A stretch of DNA of 64,000 nt from an uncultured delta proteobacterium (GCA_963792965.1 CAWBYW010000016.1:115925-179924); one strand, 5' to 3'; counted from the first letter of the stretch, positions 50,568 to 61,213 are shown. Notes: generated from the sequence alone by a model not told the origin. Program-made: numbers and translations.

Positions 50568-50756
50568 CGCGTAGGTAACCCGCTCCCATTTGAGCGGATG
50601 TCCCGGCCCGTAGTTGAACTTCTCAAACCCCTCGGGGATGATCAGGGCGGTCTTTTTTGAGCGCTTGAAAATAGCTAACCTCCTGAAATCCTGCCTCCCA
50701 ATCAGCTGTATTGAGACCCACCGATATCGACGCGGCGACCTTAGCTTCGCTCAGTC

Positions 50757-52086
50757 CTACGGGGCGCCGAACGCCATGCTGGCGAAGGTGACGGTGGAAT
50801 CCGCGCTGTCCATCACCGTGCTGTCGTAGGAGAGGAGCCTCCCCTTCTTGTTTTCCAGCACCCTGAGCATCGTATAGATCGCCGGAAAGCCGCAGATCCT
50901 GCGTTTGTCGTCGTCCGACGCGATATGCTCGAGGAATCGATCCGCGTCTCCCGACGCGATCACCTCGATCATCTCATGGTCCCTTTCCCCGACGGTGGCC
51001 AGGTGCTCCCGCGTGGGGGGATGCTCGTCCCCGTATTTCACCCCGACGTGGGCAAAATCGACCGAGGCAATCAGCACGACCCTTCCCCGAAACGACGCCA
51101 CGGCCCCCTTGAGGGCGGCGATGAAATCCTCCACGACCGTCTTGACCGGCGCCAGCCGCTCCGAATAGAAGATCGAGTGGGGAAAGGAGGTGAGGATCGG
51201 CGCGATGGTAAACGGCGCATCGCCCAGCACGTACTTGAGAAAGACGGTCTGAAACTCGACGGTGTGCTCCGTGCGGTGGATCATCTCGCCGGTAAAGAGC
51301 CGGTCCCCGAAGCGCGCGCCCAGATCGTCCATGAACTCACGGTTCGTCCGGGCAACTCCGAACGGCGTCATGAAGTCCTTTTTCGTCCCGGCATAAAGCT
51401 GTTCGATCCCGGCGTGGCCGACGCCGAGCACCACGTAGAGGTCCGCCCTCGGCGCGCGCGCCAGCGCCGAGTAGGCGTGGGCGAAGCAGGTCCCCCGGAG
51501 GCGATGCTGATGTGGGGGGCAAGGAGCGCCGAAAGCCCGTCCCGGTCGGCGCCTGTACCATTGATCGGGTCCCCACGGCCGCCCCACCGTCGACCCCCGC
51601 GAAGTAGGAGGAGAACTCCTCTTTGAGCTTCTCAGGATCGGTCTGGTACCCGGCGCCCATATGGACCGCGGGACGGATCTGTGCGCGGAAAAAATCCCCC
51701 TCTATACGCCGCTTCTCTTTCAGGAACGATTCGCTCACCAGGAAATAGCTCTTGTCCAGCTCTTCGGCCACCTTCCTGATGTCTTCCAGGTCAAGGGTCG
51801 CGCCTGAATGCTTTTCTACTTCGGCCTGGATCTCCCGGAAGGTCTTGGTGCCGTCAAAAAATTGCATAACGGCCACGACCTCCCGGGGGACAAAGAGAAC
51901 CCGGTCCGTGTAAAGTAAGGGGTCCCTGAGCACGAGCCCCTCCTTGCCGCCGACGCTCATCGGGACGAACTCGACGTTTCTGAGCTTGGGATAGTCGTTA
52001 TCGGCCAAATCTGCACCTTTCTCGAATCGCGTGAGACCGCAAACTCGGAAAGTCCGGTTAAAGGGACTCTTTCTATTACGTATCAC
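50757..52086 (-). CDS. MEMO1-family protein (AmmeMemoRadiSam system protein B-like), two frameshifts as assembled
   Basis: ORF 51337..52086 is the N-terminal extension. A third-frame piece reads DPINGTGADRDGLSALLAPHISIASGGP. ORF 50757..51587 carries VLGVGHAG, EHTVEFQ, DFAHVG and ICGFPAIY. Shifts lie near 51575 and 51490. Confidence 0.7.
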
Positions 52087-52243
52087 ACCACAAGGCTTTG
52101 GTCAAGCCCAAAACAGGCGCGTGCCCCGACACACCGCGAGCGCAGTGGCGCGCGATAGAGCGCCGGACCCGTGTCAACTCAATGTTATTGAAACCACGCC
52201 CATCATCTGATATGATGGCTCAGGTTTTTTTACAGGGTGTCTC

Positions 52244-53839
52244 ATGAAAATCACCTTCATCGGCGGGGCGCGGACCGTCACCGGCTCTTCGTTCCTGCTG
52301 TCCACAGACGGCGCCAATATCCTGGTCGACTGCGGGATGTTTCAGGGCGGGCGCGAGCTCATCGCCCGAAACTACCTCGAGCCGATCTACGACCCCAAAG
52401 ACATCGACGCGGTCGTGCTGACGCACGCCCACATCGACCACAGCGGGCTGATCCCGAAGCTCGTGCGCGGCGGATTTTCCGGAAAAATCTATACGACCAA
52501 GGCGACGGCCGACCTCTGCGAGCTGATGCTGCTGGACTCCGCGCACATCCAGGAGATGGACGCACGCTGGAAAACCAGAAAGAACCTCAGGCGCGGGCTG
52601 GCCGAGATGCCCCCTCTCTATACCGTCGACGACGCGCAGAAGTCGCTGCCTCACTTTTCGCGCGTAACGTACGACCAGACCTTCTCTCCCGCGCCGGGCA
52701 TCGAGGTCGTCTTCCGCGACGCCGGCCACATCCTCGGCTCGGGAATGATCGAGATGACCTGTCCCGTTGACGGCGGCACAAAAAGGAAGCTCGTTTTCTC
52801 AGGAGACATCGGGACGAGCGACCAGCCCATCATCCGGGACCCGAGCACGATTTCCGAGGCCGATTTTCTCTTCATCGAATCGACCTACGGAAACCGCACC
52901 CACCGGACCATCGAAGAGAGCAAGGAAGAGTTCACCGAGGCGCTGCTGTCGACCACGCGGCTGGGCGGCAAGGTCATCATCCCGTCGTTTGCCGTGGGCC
53001 GTACCCAGGAGATCATCTATTATCTGGCGGAGCTCACGCGAGCGGGCAGGCTCCCGGCCCTCCCCATTATCGTCGACAGCCCCATGGCCACCTCGGCCAC
53101 GAAGATCATGGAGAACAACCCCGACTGTTTCGATCAAGAAACGAAAGACCTCATCGCCGGCGGGAAGGACCCGCTGGAAATCCCGACCCTGAAATTCACG
53201 CGGTCCACCGAGGAGTCGATGGCGATCAACACGATGAAGGGAAGTGCGATCATCATCTCGTCCTCCGGCATGTGCGACGGGGGGCGCATCAGGCACCACC
53301 TGCGCCACAACCTCTGGCGGCCGGAGACCACGGTGATCTTCGTCGGCTACCAGGCCGAGGGGACCCTCGGCCGCCAGATCGTCAACGGAGACCAGGAGGT
53401 CAGGATCTTCGGCGAAGAGGTACAGGTCAAGGCGAAGATCTACACGATCAACGGCCTGTCGGCCCACGCCGACCGGGACGGGCTGCTGGACTGGGCGTCT
53501 CATTTTCGGGGCGCGGCCCCGACGACGTTCGTGATCCACGGCGAGGAGCGCTCCGCGCTCGATTTCTCCGAGACCCTCAAGGCGGAGCTGTCGCTGACGA
53601 CCTACGTGCCCTCCTGGAGGGAGACGGTGGAGCTTTCCCCGGATAAGAGCTTCCGGTCGCTACCGGCGGCCGAGGCGGGCAAAGAGATCCCGATATTCGC
53701 AAAGAAATATGAGGGTGACCTTGCCTCCATCAAGGAGAAGCTGGCGAGCCTCGAAAAGAAGGGGATCACGGGGAAGAAAGAAGTCGCAGACCGCTTGGGG
53801 GCGATCAAGAATATTTTGAGTGAGATCGAGGACGAGTAG
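52244..53839 (+). CDS. MBL-fold beta-CASP ribonuclease (RNase J/CPSF-like)
   Basis: THAHIDHSG metallo-beta-lactamase motif, a beta-CASP region, and a C-terminal GLSAHAD motif. 531 aa. Confidence 0.8.
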   Translation: MKITFIGGARTVTGSSFLLSTDGANILVDCGMFQGGRELIARNYLEPIYDPKDIDAVVLTHAHIDHSGLIPKLVRGGFSGKIYTTKATADLCELMLLDSAHIQEMDARWKTRKNLRRGLAEMPPLYTVDDAQKSLPHFSRVTYDQTFSPAPGIEVVFRDAGHILGSGMIEMTCPVDGGTKRKLVFSGDIGTSDQPIIRDPSTISEADFLFIESTYGNRTHRTIEESKEEFTEALLSTTRLGGKVIIPSFAVGRTQEIIYYLAELTRAGRLPALPIIVDSPMATSATKIMENNPDCFDQETKDLIAGGKDPLEIPTLKFTRSTEESMAINTMKGSAIIISSSGMCDGGRIRHHLRHNLWRPETTVIFVGYQAEGTLGRQIVNGDQEVRIFGEEVQVKAKIYTINGLSAHADRDGLLDWASHFRGAAPTTFVIHGEERSALDFSETLKAELSLTTYVPSWRETVELSPDKSFRSLPAAEAGKEIPIFAKKYEGDLASIKEKLASLEKKGITGKKEVADRLGAIKNILSEIEDE

Positions 53840-53936
53840 CCGCCCGGCAGACGTGGACGAAGACCCGTAGGGGCGGCATATATGCCGCCCGTCTCCAGCC
53901 CGCGATGACGAATAGACAAATGCTGAGGAACCATCC

Positions 53937-54689
53937 ATGGACCTGAAAGAAGAAATAAGGGAAAAGGCGCGCGAGCAGGGCTTTGCCCTCTTCGGCGTGG
54001 TGGACTCCAAAGACATGGAAGAGGTGGAGACGCCCCCCGGCCGGGGGATCGCCAGGCCCTCCGAGGTGGCGCCGTGGGCGCGATCGGTCATGGTGCTGGG
54101 GATCCGCGTGGCCGATGAGGCGATGAACGTCTCGATCTCAATACCTGTCCCCGGCGGCAAAGACACCTACTATAATTTCTATTACGAGATCACGGAGAGC
54201 CGCGCCTGGCGCCTGATCCGGTGGATGCGGGAGGAGAAGGGGATCAGGGCCGTGCCCTCCCACCGGATCGCCATGAAGCCCGCGGCGATGCTTGCCGGAA
54301 TCGGTTTCATCGGCCACAACACGCAGGTCATCACGCCCGACTTTGGCCCGCGCGTCCGGTTCGTGGCCGTCCTTACCGACAAAGAGCTTGAGCCCGACCG
54401 TCCCTTTGCCCGCGACCTCTGCGAGGAGGAGCCCGCCTGCCGGGACAAATCGCTCTGCGTGCAGGCCTGCCCCTACCGCGCCATCATCCCCGGCCCGTCA
54501 CAGGGCGTCCCGGCGGGGGAGAAGGTGCTGCTCGAAAAATGCGTCGTCTATCACGTGCAGGATAGGGAGATAGGTAAACGCTGGGAGAAGTATATCCGCC
54601 GCCTGACGAACCGCGGCTTCCTCGAATGCACCCTCTGCAACCTCGCCTGCCCGTACGGGGAGAGGGGGAGAGAAGAGCGGTTGACGTAA
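53937..54689 (+). CDS. short 4Fe-4S protein related to epoxyqueuosine reductase / reductive-dehalogenase ferredoxin modules
   Basis: QueG-like N-terminus (EEIREKAREQGFALFGVV) and two Cys clusters (CxxxxxCxxxxxCxxxCP; CxxCxxxCP). At 250 aa it is shorter than canonical QueG. Confidence 0.5.
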   Translation: MDLKEEIREKAREQGFALFGVVDSKDMEEVETPPGRGIARPSEVAPWARSVMVLGIRVADEAMNVSISIPVPGGKDTYYNFYYEITESRAWRLIRWMREEKGIRAVPSHRIAMKPAAMLAGIGFIGHNTQVITPDFGPRVRFVAVLTDKELEPDRPFARDLCEEEPACRDKSLCVQACPYRAIIPGPSQGVPAGEKVLLEKCVVYHVQDREIGKRWEKYIRRLTNRGFLECTLCNLACPYGERGREERLT

Positions 54690-54730
54690 GGACTTACCGA
54701 AACCCCTACGAACCGATAACGAACCTTGAC

Positions 54731-55321
54731 TTATAGCTTCCTGCAGACAAGCTCTCCGTTGCCCACGGGCACCACCATGGCGTCGACCCGGACGTCGGAC
54801 AGCACATAGTCGAGCATTTCCTTTAGCGCCACCTTATGGTTGATCGCGTTGTCGGCCACCAGAATCCCGCCCTCTACCATCCTTGGAATGAGCAGTTTAT
54901 AACAATCGAGATACACGTCCTTTTCGGCATCGAGGAAGCAGAACGATATCTTTTCGTAATCGGCCAGCTTCAGCCGTGCGTCACCATGAATGAGCCCAAC
55001 GGTGTCATCCATACCCGTGAGCCGAAACGTCTCTTCGGCTATCTTCACTTTCTCCTCAAGCACCTCGAAGGTGGTAAGCTTTCGCCCGATCTCACGACAC
55101 GCAAGCCCAATCCAAAGGGCCGAATATCCGCCGCTCGTGCCTATTTCGACGTAGTCGCCGGCCGGCGCACACCGCGCCAAAAGAGAAATGAATTTGCCCG
55201 TTTCAGCCGGAATCTGCCGGAGGCGTGAAAGCATCGGGGTGCCGTCCGCCCTGTCATGGGCGTCAATATTTTCGAGATAACGCATTCTCTCAAGGACGAT
55301 GGGAGGGATCGTATGAAACAT
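54731..55321 (-). CDS. class I SAM-dependent O-methyltransferase (family 3-like)
   Basis: 196-aa ORF with a [14 protein letters not shown]-binding motif and a [11 protein letters not shown] acidic loop. Confidence 0.7.
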   Translation of the reverse strand: MFHTIPPIVLERMRYLENIDAHDRADGTPMLSRLRQIPAETGKFISLLARCAPAGDYVEIGTSGGYSALWIGLACREIGRKLTTFEVLEEKVKIAEETFRLTGMDDTVGLIHGDARLKLADYEKISFCFLDAEKDVYLDCYKLLIPRMVEGGILVADNAINHKVALKEMLDYVLSDVRVDAMVVPVGNGELVCRKL

Positions 55322-55719
55322 TGATTTCCTCCGTCAGTTTTGTTTCTCTCGGCGGATTCACATGCCTTAGCAATCATAGAAGCAGCCGATATCCGCTCAT
55401 GCAATGGTATATCGTGAAATTGTGGGAGTCAATCTCTATTAAGAGGCGCCTGCGAACCCAAGACGCTCCGAGAGACCCAGCAGCTTACCAAAAGGGCGCC
55501 GCAGCATTCTATAATGTCTTATATATAATGTGACAGCCTGAAAGTCGGCTTCCATGGCGTTTTCGTTTGATTTCATCCGGTGACGAGGATAGAATCTACT
55601 ACCGAAATGGTGACGTGACCATCGTTGAGCGAGCAGCACCGGGCCTTTCGAGGGCATTGAGCTGAATGACCCCATGTCAGTGGTTCATAGGGGGAATCTC
55701 GGATAAAAGGAGATCCGAT

Positions 55720-57072
55720 ATGAAAACCGTAATGAAAAGGGACAGGCTGAGTCTTTCCACGAAGATATTCTACCTCTTCGGCGACATCGGAGTATCGATG
55801 TGCCTGGCTACCGTGGGGTTCTTCATCCTCTTCTATTATGCCGACGTTGCCAAGATCAATCCTGCCCTCGTCGGCACGGCGCTGCTCCTGGGGAGGCTCT
55901 GGAACGCCGTAAACGATCCCCTGTTCGGTTGGTTTTCCGATCGGACGAGATCGCGCTGGGGAAGGCGAAAAGTATATCTCTATTTCGCCTCGATCCCCCT
56001 CGGGATCTCCTTTGCCGTCCTCTGGATGGTCCCAAAAGGACTCACCAACGTCACGGCCACCCTCTGGATCCTCGGGACCTTCTTTTTCTACTATACCCTC
56101 ATCAACGTCGTGGCGGTATCCTACTACGCCATGACGCCCGAGCTGACGCGCGACTATGACGAGCGCACCAATCTCACCACCTTCCGCATGATCGGCGGGA
56201 CGATCGGGTACATGTCCGGCGCGGCGTTTCCTCCCTTTATCGCGGGGCTTTTCATTACCGAGCAGATCGGTTGGAGCATGGTCGGTATCATGTTCGGTGC
56301 CTTTGCGGTCGTCTGCATATTTATAACCGCCTTCGGAGTCAAGCAGCGCAAGGAATTAGAGGGCGCTCCTTCGACGATCCCGGCGCTGAAATCCATCATG
56401 TTCTGTTTCAAGAACAGGCCCTTCGTCTATCTTCTGATCCAGGCCGTCGCGGCCGGGGTCTGTTTCACGCTGGTAATGTCGTATATGGCATTCTTCCTTA
56501 CGTACCAAATGGAAATGAAGGCCAAGATTCCTCTTATCATGACGCTTCTTCTGGTGACGATCGGCGCGTTTCTCTTTTTCTGGAAATGGTTGACGGACAA
56601 ATGGGCAAAGGGGCCCACCTACGCCCTCGGCCTCTTCATCGCCTTCGGTGCGATCGCCTGCTCGTTCCTGCTCCCCCAGGGGGAGAGCATCTGGATATAC
56701 GTCATCGTCTTTATCGCGGGCTTCGGGTTTTCCGCCCAGTGGGTTTTGCCCTGGTCAATCCTCCCGGATGTCGTGGAACACGACGAGCTTTTGACCGGCC
56801 AGCGGCGGGAGGGGATCTATTACGGGGTAAAAGGGTTTGTCGACAACACCTCCAGCGCCTTCGGCCTCTTCATCGGGGGATGGGTATTGTCACTGTTCGG
56901 GTACGTCCCCGAGGCGGTACAGACCAAGACGGCGCTGTTGGGTATTCGGCTCTTCTTCGGCCCCCTCCCTGCGCTCCTGGCGTTCATAAGCCTCCCGCTC
57001 CTCATCTGGTTTCCGATAACACGGAAGACCCATACCGAGACCCTCGAAAAGCTCAAGGAGAAACGGGATTAG
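55720..57072 (+). CDS. MFS transporter, glycoside-pentoside-hexuronide (GPH/MelB-like) family
   Basis: ATG at 55720 after AAAAGGAG. 12-TM pattern. N-terminal LSTKIFYLFGDIG and DPLFGWFSDRTRSRWGRR motifs are characteristic of GPH symporters. Confidence 0.75.
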   Translation: MKTVMKRDRLSLSTKIFYLFGDIGVSMCLATVGFFILFYYADVAKINPALVGTALLLGRLWNAVNDPLFGWFSDRTRSRWGRRKVYLYFASIPLGISFAVLWMVPKGLTNVTATLWILGTFFFYYTLINVVAVSYYAMTPELTRDYDERTNLTTFRMIGGTIGYMSGAAFPPFIAGLFITEQIGWSMVGIMFGAFAVVCIFITAFGVKQRKELEGAPSTIPALKSIMFCFKNRPFVYLLIQAVAAGVCFTLVMSYMAFFLTYQMEMKAKIPLIMTLLLVTIGAFLFFWKWLTDKWAKGPTYALGLFIAFGAIACSFLLPQGESIWIYVIVFIAGFGFSAQWVLPWSILPDVVEHDELLTGQRREGIYYGVKGFVDNTSSAFGLFIGGWVLSLFGYVPEAVQTKTALLGIRLFFGPLPALLAFISLPLLIWFPITRKTHTETLEKLKEKRD

Positions 57073-57135
57073 TGTAGTACGAGCGAGGACTTCTGTACGT
57101 GATTCCTCAATAGACCTTTAAGCGTAGAGCAAAGA

Positions 57136-57533
57136 ATGATAGTCTTAAGAGCCATTGCTATTTGGGTCGTTGTGATCTTCGCCGAGGTCCTTCACGGCGT
57201 CTGCGCGAACGCTATTTCTTGTGCCGTACGTGGGTGATTTCAGGGCGCGCCAGATCGGCGTATTCACGGGGTCCGTCATAATTTTTGCTATTGCTCTTAT
57301 ATCCGTGCGATGGATCAGCGCGTCCCGTGCCGCAGAATTGCTGGCGGTCGGATTTCTATGGCTTGGCCTGATGCTTGCCTTTGAGTTTCTCTTCGGACAT
57401 TTCGTCTTAGGCTATTAGCTGGCAGCGGCTCGCCGCAGACTACAACCTGACGAAGGGCGGCCTCATGTCGATCGGTATGCTGGTGCTGACGCTATCGCCC
57501 TTGATAGCCGGAAAGGTGCGGGGTCTGGTTTGA
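57136..57533 (+). CDS. small conserved-looking membrane protein (~130 aa), two frameshifts as assembled
   Basis: MIVLRAIAIWVVVIFAEVLHG... (ATG 57136) continues into ORF 57221..57418 after a shift in the TTT run at about 57215. It then continues into ...SWQRLAADYNLTKGGLMSIGMLVLTLSPLIAGKVRGLV after a shift in the TT run at about 57415. Stop at 57531-57533. Confidence 0.4.
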
Positions 57534-57630
57534 TTGACCCCCTTACAGCGTGTCGCAGAATGAGTCAAATCTACCCTTGGCGCTCTTTGCTCAAACTTTC
57601 GCTGAAGACATGCATCTGACGGAGAGAGAG

Positions 57631-58251
57631 ATGGGAAGAAATAGGATTGTCATAATGATGCTTCTTCTATCGCTCCTTGTTGTGTCAGCCGCTGGATACG
57701 CCCAAACCGTCAAGGATTGGTGCAATATTGGAGACTGTGCTGCTGCATCGGGGGATTATGCCAAGGCAATGAAGTGTTATAGCAAGGCCATCGAGCTCGA
57801 TCCGAAGTATGCCCCAGTCTACAGTGACCGGGGTAACATGTATCGACTTCAGGGCAAATACGATATGGCTTTTGCCGACTTCACCAGGGCCATCGAGGTC
57901 GACCCGAAGTATGCCCCCGCCTACGTTGACCGGGGGACAACGTATCGACTTCTGGGCAAATACGACCTGGCAATCGCCGATTTTAGCAGGGCCATCGAGG
58001 TCGATCCGAAGCTTGCCCCAGCCTACAATAGCCGGGGTATCGCCTATGGGTGTCTGGCCAAGTACGACCTGGGGATCACCGACTTCACAAGGGCCATCGA
58101 GCTCGACCCGAAAGACGCCCAGGGCTACTATAACCGGGGAAATGCCTATTACAATTCAGGAAGGATGAATGAAGCCTTCTCGGATTATAAAAAAGGCTGT
58201 GAATTAGGGTCTAAAGATTCTTGTAAAAGCTACGGTCTATTAAAGAGATAA
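57631..58251 (+). CDS. secreted TPR-repeat protein
   Basis: Signal peptide MGRNRIVIMMLLLSLLVVSAAGYA (internal ATG of ORF 57550..58251), then five or six 34-aa TPR units. Confidence 0.7.
   Translation: MGRNRIVIMMLLLSLLVVSAAGYAQTVKDWCNIGDCAAASGDYAKAMKCYSKAIELDPKYAPVYSDRGNMYRLQGKYDMAFADFTRAIEVDPKYAPAYVDRGTTYRLLGKYDLAIADFSRAIEVDPKLAPAYNSRGIAYGCLAKYDLGITDFTRAIELDPKDAQGYYNRGNAYYNSGRMNEAFSDYKKGCELGSKDSCKSYGLLKR
57787..58194 (+). repeat. tandem 102-bp coding repeats (TPR units) with high nucleotide identity
   Basis: Units start with GCCATCGAG(C/G)TCGA(T/C)CCGAA at 57787, 57889, 57991 and 58093, exactly 102 bp apart. The first three are very similar along their length and the fourth diverges. Confidence 0.8.
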
Positions 58252-58350
58252 TATCTTATAGGAATACTATGAAGAGCGAGTATTCCGAAACGAGCGTGAC
58301 GTAAAAGGGGGTAAATCTACCCCGCAAAACTTTAGCCTCCGCCCCCCCTC

Positions 58351-58983
58351 TCACCCGTTCTCCTCTCCCTCTTTCTTAGCGTCAAAGGAGATCACGATCT
58401 TGCACACGTCGTCCCCTTTGGCCCGGCACAGCACCTCCTTCACGTCGTGCTCGTCCCCCGTGGCCCACTTGGCCACCTCGGCGTTCAGCCCGACGTCGCC
58501 GAAGCAGATCGGTCCTTCGCTCTTGAGCCCCTTGCACCAGTAGCAGTCAAACAGCTCCAGGATAAACCCCTCCTCGCCCACGTAGAATCTCTGGTTTTCC
58601 CCAAAGACCTTGTTGGTCGATTCCGCGCCGATCTCCATCACCTTTTCGAGCCGTTTCCTTTTTGACAGGAGCTTGAGCCCAAGCCCCATGAACCCGATCA
58701 TCGCGGGGTTCTTTTCCATGACGAGCTGAAATCCCCTCCGCCCCGCTTTGTAGAGCAGGGGGCGGGCACCCTTCTCGCCGAAGACGTCTATGATGCTCCC
58801 CACGATCGCGCCGAAATCGCTCCCCGGCACTTCGAGCTTTTCGTCGTTGGGCGGGAAGTTATCCCGGTATTTGGTGAGCCCGGAATAGTTCAGTATCGAG
58901 TTGAGCCCGTTTTCACCTATGATGTCCTCCACGGTAAGCAGAGTAACATACATCATCGAATTCGGAATATACTCCTTGAGCAT
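58351..58983 (-). CDS. V4R (4-vinyl reductase) domain protein
   Basis: A C-terminal FDCYWCKG...CFGDVG...CRAKGDDVC pattern is typical of V4R small-molecule-binding domains. Start at the internal ATG (MLKEYIPN) of ORF 58351..59049. Confidence 0.55.
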   Translation of the reverse strand: MLKEYIPNSMMYVTLLTVEDIIGENGLNSILNYSGLTKYRDNFPPNDEKLEVPGSDFGAIVGSIIDVFGEKGARPLLYKAGRRGFQLVMEKNPAMIGFMGLGLKLLSKRKRLEKVMEIGAESTNKVFGENQRFYVGEEGFILELFDCYWCKGLKSEGPICFGDVGLNAEVAKWATGDEHDVKEVLCRAKGDDVCKIVISFDAKKEGEENG

Positions 58984-59253
58984 GTCTTTTCCCCCTGGAC
59001 AGGTCCCAGTTCTATTATCCCCCCCGGCAGGCGGGAAGTCAACGGGCACGGGTTGGAGGGGTCGAGTCTACACTTGTCTTGGTGATACGCGACGGCTGGC
59101 TCTACCTATCCACCAGCGACCGGGACGGCCGGGGGACGGTGCGACGCGGTGACGATCGCTCATCAGGATACGCCCGGTCGACATCAAAGGATTGCCGTGA
59201 AATCCGACGCATTGGCCGGACGGCCCTCTCGTGGCCGTCTCTACGCTCTGCCC

Positions 59254-59943
59254 TCACGTTCGGTCGCGTGTCAATCCCGCGTGATGTGGACAGACCGTTC
59301 GGCAGGTGTTACACGCGATCACCCATCCGCCTCCTTCCGTGGAGGAGATGGAGCGTGCCCTGCAGAGGTTCTGGTTAATCGTTGTCCCGTCCAGCGCCTG
59401 CTGCGGGCACGCGTCCAGGCAGATACTGCATCCGTCGTTACATCCGTTGTAAGAGGTGGCGGGGTCTCCCTCGAGCTCGGCGGAGACCAGCACGGCCCCC
59501 AGCCAGATCATGTTTCCGAACGTCTTATTAATCAGAAGCGTGTTCTTCCCCAGCGTCCCCATGCCTGCGAGCCACGCCGCGTGTTTCAGCGACAGGATGC
59601 CCCTCCCGTGGCTCCGATCCGGGTCCCAATAGTCGTACGGCTCGGCGGAGGGAATGGGGACCGAGCCGATACCCTCGGCCTCCAGCTCTTCAGACAGGCG
59701 AAAGGAGATCGCGTCGAGCTTTTCAACCATCTTGTTTCTGACAAAGGTATAGGGGGTGAGGCTCGGCAAGACGAGGGTGCTTGCCGGAAAGCGCGACGCA
59801 TAGACGATCACCGATCGGCATCCCTCGTGGATATCGCGCGGGTGAAACCCCTGCGGGGCATCGCTGAACCGGTCGACCGGGGCGATCCCGCAGATATCCG
59901 CCCCCAGGCCCAGCACCTTCTCCTTCACTTCTTTACAGTCCAT
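59254..59943 (-). CDS. short 4Fe-4S protein, paralogous in style to 53937..54689 (QueG/RdhA-like)
   Basis: MDCKEVKEKVLGLGADICGIAPVDRF N-terminus and Cys clusters CNDGCSICLDACP and CNTCRTVCP. Start at the internal ATG of ORF 59254..60042. Confidence 0.5.
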   Translation of the reverse strand: MDCKEVKEKVLGLGADICGIAPVDRFSDAPQGFHPRDIHEGCRSVIVYASRFPASTLVLPSLTPYTFVRNKMVEKLDAISFRLSEELEAEGIGSVPIPSAEPYDYWDPDRSHGRGILSLKHAAWLAGMGTLGKNTLLINKTFGNMIWLGAVLVSAELEGDPATSYNGCNDGCSICLDACPQQALDGTTINQNLCRARSISSTEGGGWVIACNTCRTVCPHHAGLTRDRT

Positions 59944-60011
59944 CACAAGGCCTTTTCTTCCGTTCAGTTTTATCGTGTGATACCGACCGCAGAGGACCGT
60001 TCCCTTTGCCG

Positions 60012-60443
60012 TTATCCTCGGGCGAGTGCCGTCTTGACGCACGCGGCTCCCAACAGCACCACGATCACGGTCCCGACAATCTGGGGCGCGATGAAGAAAT
60101 AGACCCAGCCCAGCACGGCCACCGCGACGAAGCTCGCGAAGAGCGCCCAGGAGACGGGGAGCAGGGCCGCCCGTGCCTTTTCATCCAGCCCCCCGAGGTG
60201 CCACGTCAGCACCGCCGAGAAGAGCAGAAAAACCGAAAAGAGGAGCCCAAACCCAAGGTACATCCCGCCCCACGTAACGGTCGAGCCCATGATCTCAAAA
60301 TCGACTGACTTCATCAAGGAAAGCACGCCGTCGGCCGCCACCCCGTGGTCGGCGTGCGACAGCATCCCCCCGAACGTGTGGGAGAGGAAAAAGATGACCA
60401 ACAGATACGAACAGATCCGATAGAGATTGAAATACCTGGCCAT
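60012..60443 (-). CDS. hypothetical four-TM membrane protein
   Basis: 143-aa hydrophobic product from the internal ATG (MARYFNLYRICSYLLVIFF). The upstream part of ORF 60012..60782 is Arg-rich and overlaps rdgB, so it is unlikely to be coding. Confidence 0.5.
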   Translation of the reverse strand: MARYFNLYRICSYLLVIFFLSHTFGGMLSHADHGVAADGVLSLMKSVDFEIMGSTVTWGGMYLGFGLLFSVFLLFSAVLTWHLGGLDEKARAALLPVSWALFASFVAVAVLGWVYFFIAPQIVGTVIVVLLGAACVKTALARG

Positions 60444-60601
60444 GCCATTCCTCCTTATACAGCGGTGACGGAAATACGTTTTGATTATATCACGATCTAT
60501 CGGGGCCACGACGCGGCCGGCGCGGAGAGAAATCTCCTTTCCGGCGCGACGATCCATAGGCGGAGTGGGGGACCCAGCAGAATCTCTGGACATGTGTCTG
60601 G

Positions 60602-61213
60602 TCACAGGAAGTCCGGCAGGACCCCACATAACGCCTCGACTGCGCGCCTGCGGTGGCTGATTTCGTTCTTCTCGGCCTCCGTCATCTCCGCGTAGGTCTT
60701 GCCGAGCGGCGGATAAAAGAAGATCGGGTCGTAGCCGAACCCTTTGCTCCCACGTGGCGCACGGATAATCTGCCCTGCGCACTCCCCCCTGACGACCATC
60801 TCCCTTCCATCGGGCGATACCAGCGCGATCACCGCCACGAAGCGCGCCCCTCTCTCCCCTTCCGGGACCCCGGAAAGCTCGCGCAACAGCTTCTCGTTGT
60901 TTTGCTCGTCGGAGGAGCCTTCCCCGGCGTATCGTGCCGACATCACCCCCGGTGCGCCGCCCAGGGCATCCACCTCTATGCCGGAGTCGTCGGCCAAGGC
61001 TACGTGCGCGGTGCGACGCGCCGCTTCCCGGGCCTTGATGAGGGCGTTTTCCTCAAACGTCTTGCCGGACTCGACCACGTCGGGATAATCGGGAAAGTCG
61101 GAAAGAGAACGCAGAGTGACGAGCCTCAGGAGCCCCAGTCCGTCCATGATCCGGCCGAGTTCGTTGAGCTTTCCCCGGTTCTTGGTGGCGACGACGATCT
61201 CAGGAGCGCTCAA
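60602..61213 (-). CDS. rdgB: dITP/XTP pyrophosphatase RdgB/HAM1
   Basis: [33 protein letters not shown] and FGYDPIF motifs. The probable TTG start at 61211-61213 overlaps the rph stop. Confidence 0.85.
   Translation of the reverse strand: MSAPEIVVATKNRGKLNELGRIMDGLGLLRLVTLRSLSDFPDYPDVVESGKTFEENALIKAREAARRTAHVALADDSGIEVDALGGAPGVMSARYAGEGSSDEQNNEKLLRELSGVPEGERGARFVAVIALVSPDGREMVVRGECAGQIIRAPRGSKGFGYDPIFFYPPLGKTYAEMTEAEKNEISHRRRAVEALCGVLPDFL

Noticed and set aside
60444-60782. N-terminal 113 codons of ORF 60012..60782 as part of the membrane protein.
   Set aside because: This part is Arg-rich and non-hydrophobic, and it overlaps the 3' end of rdgB. The hydrophobic protein begins cleanly at the internal ATG at 60443.
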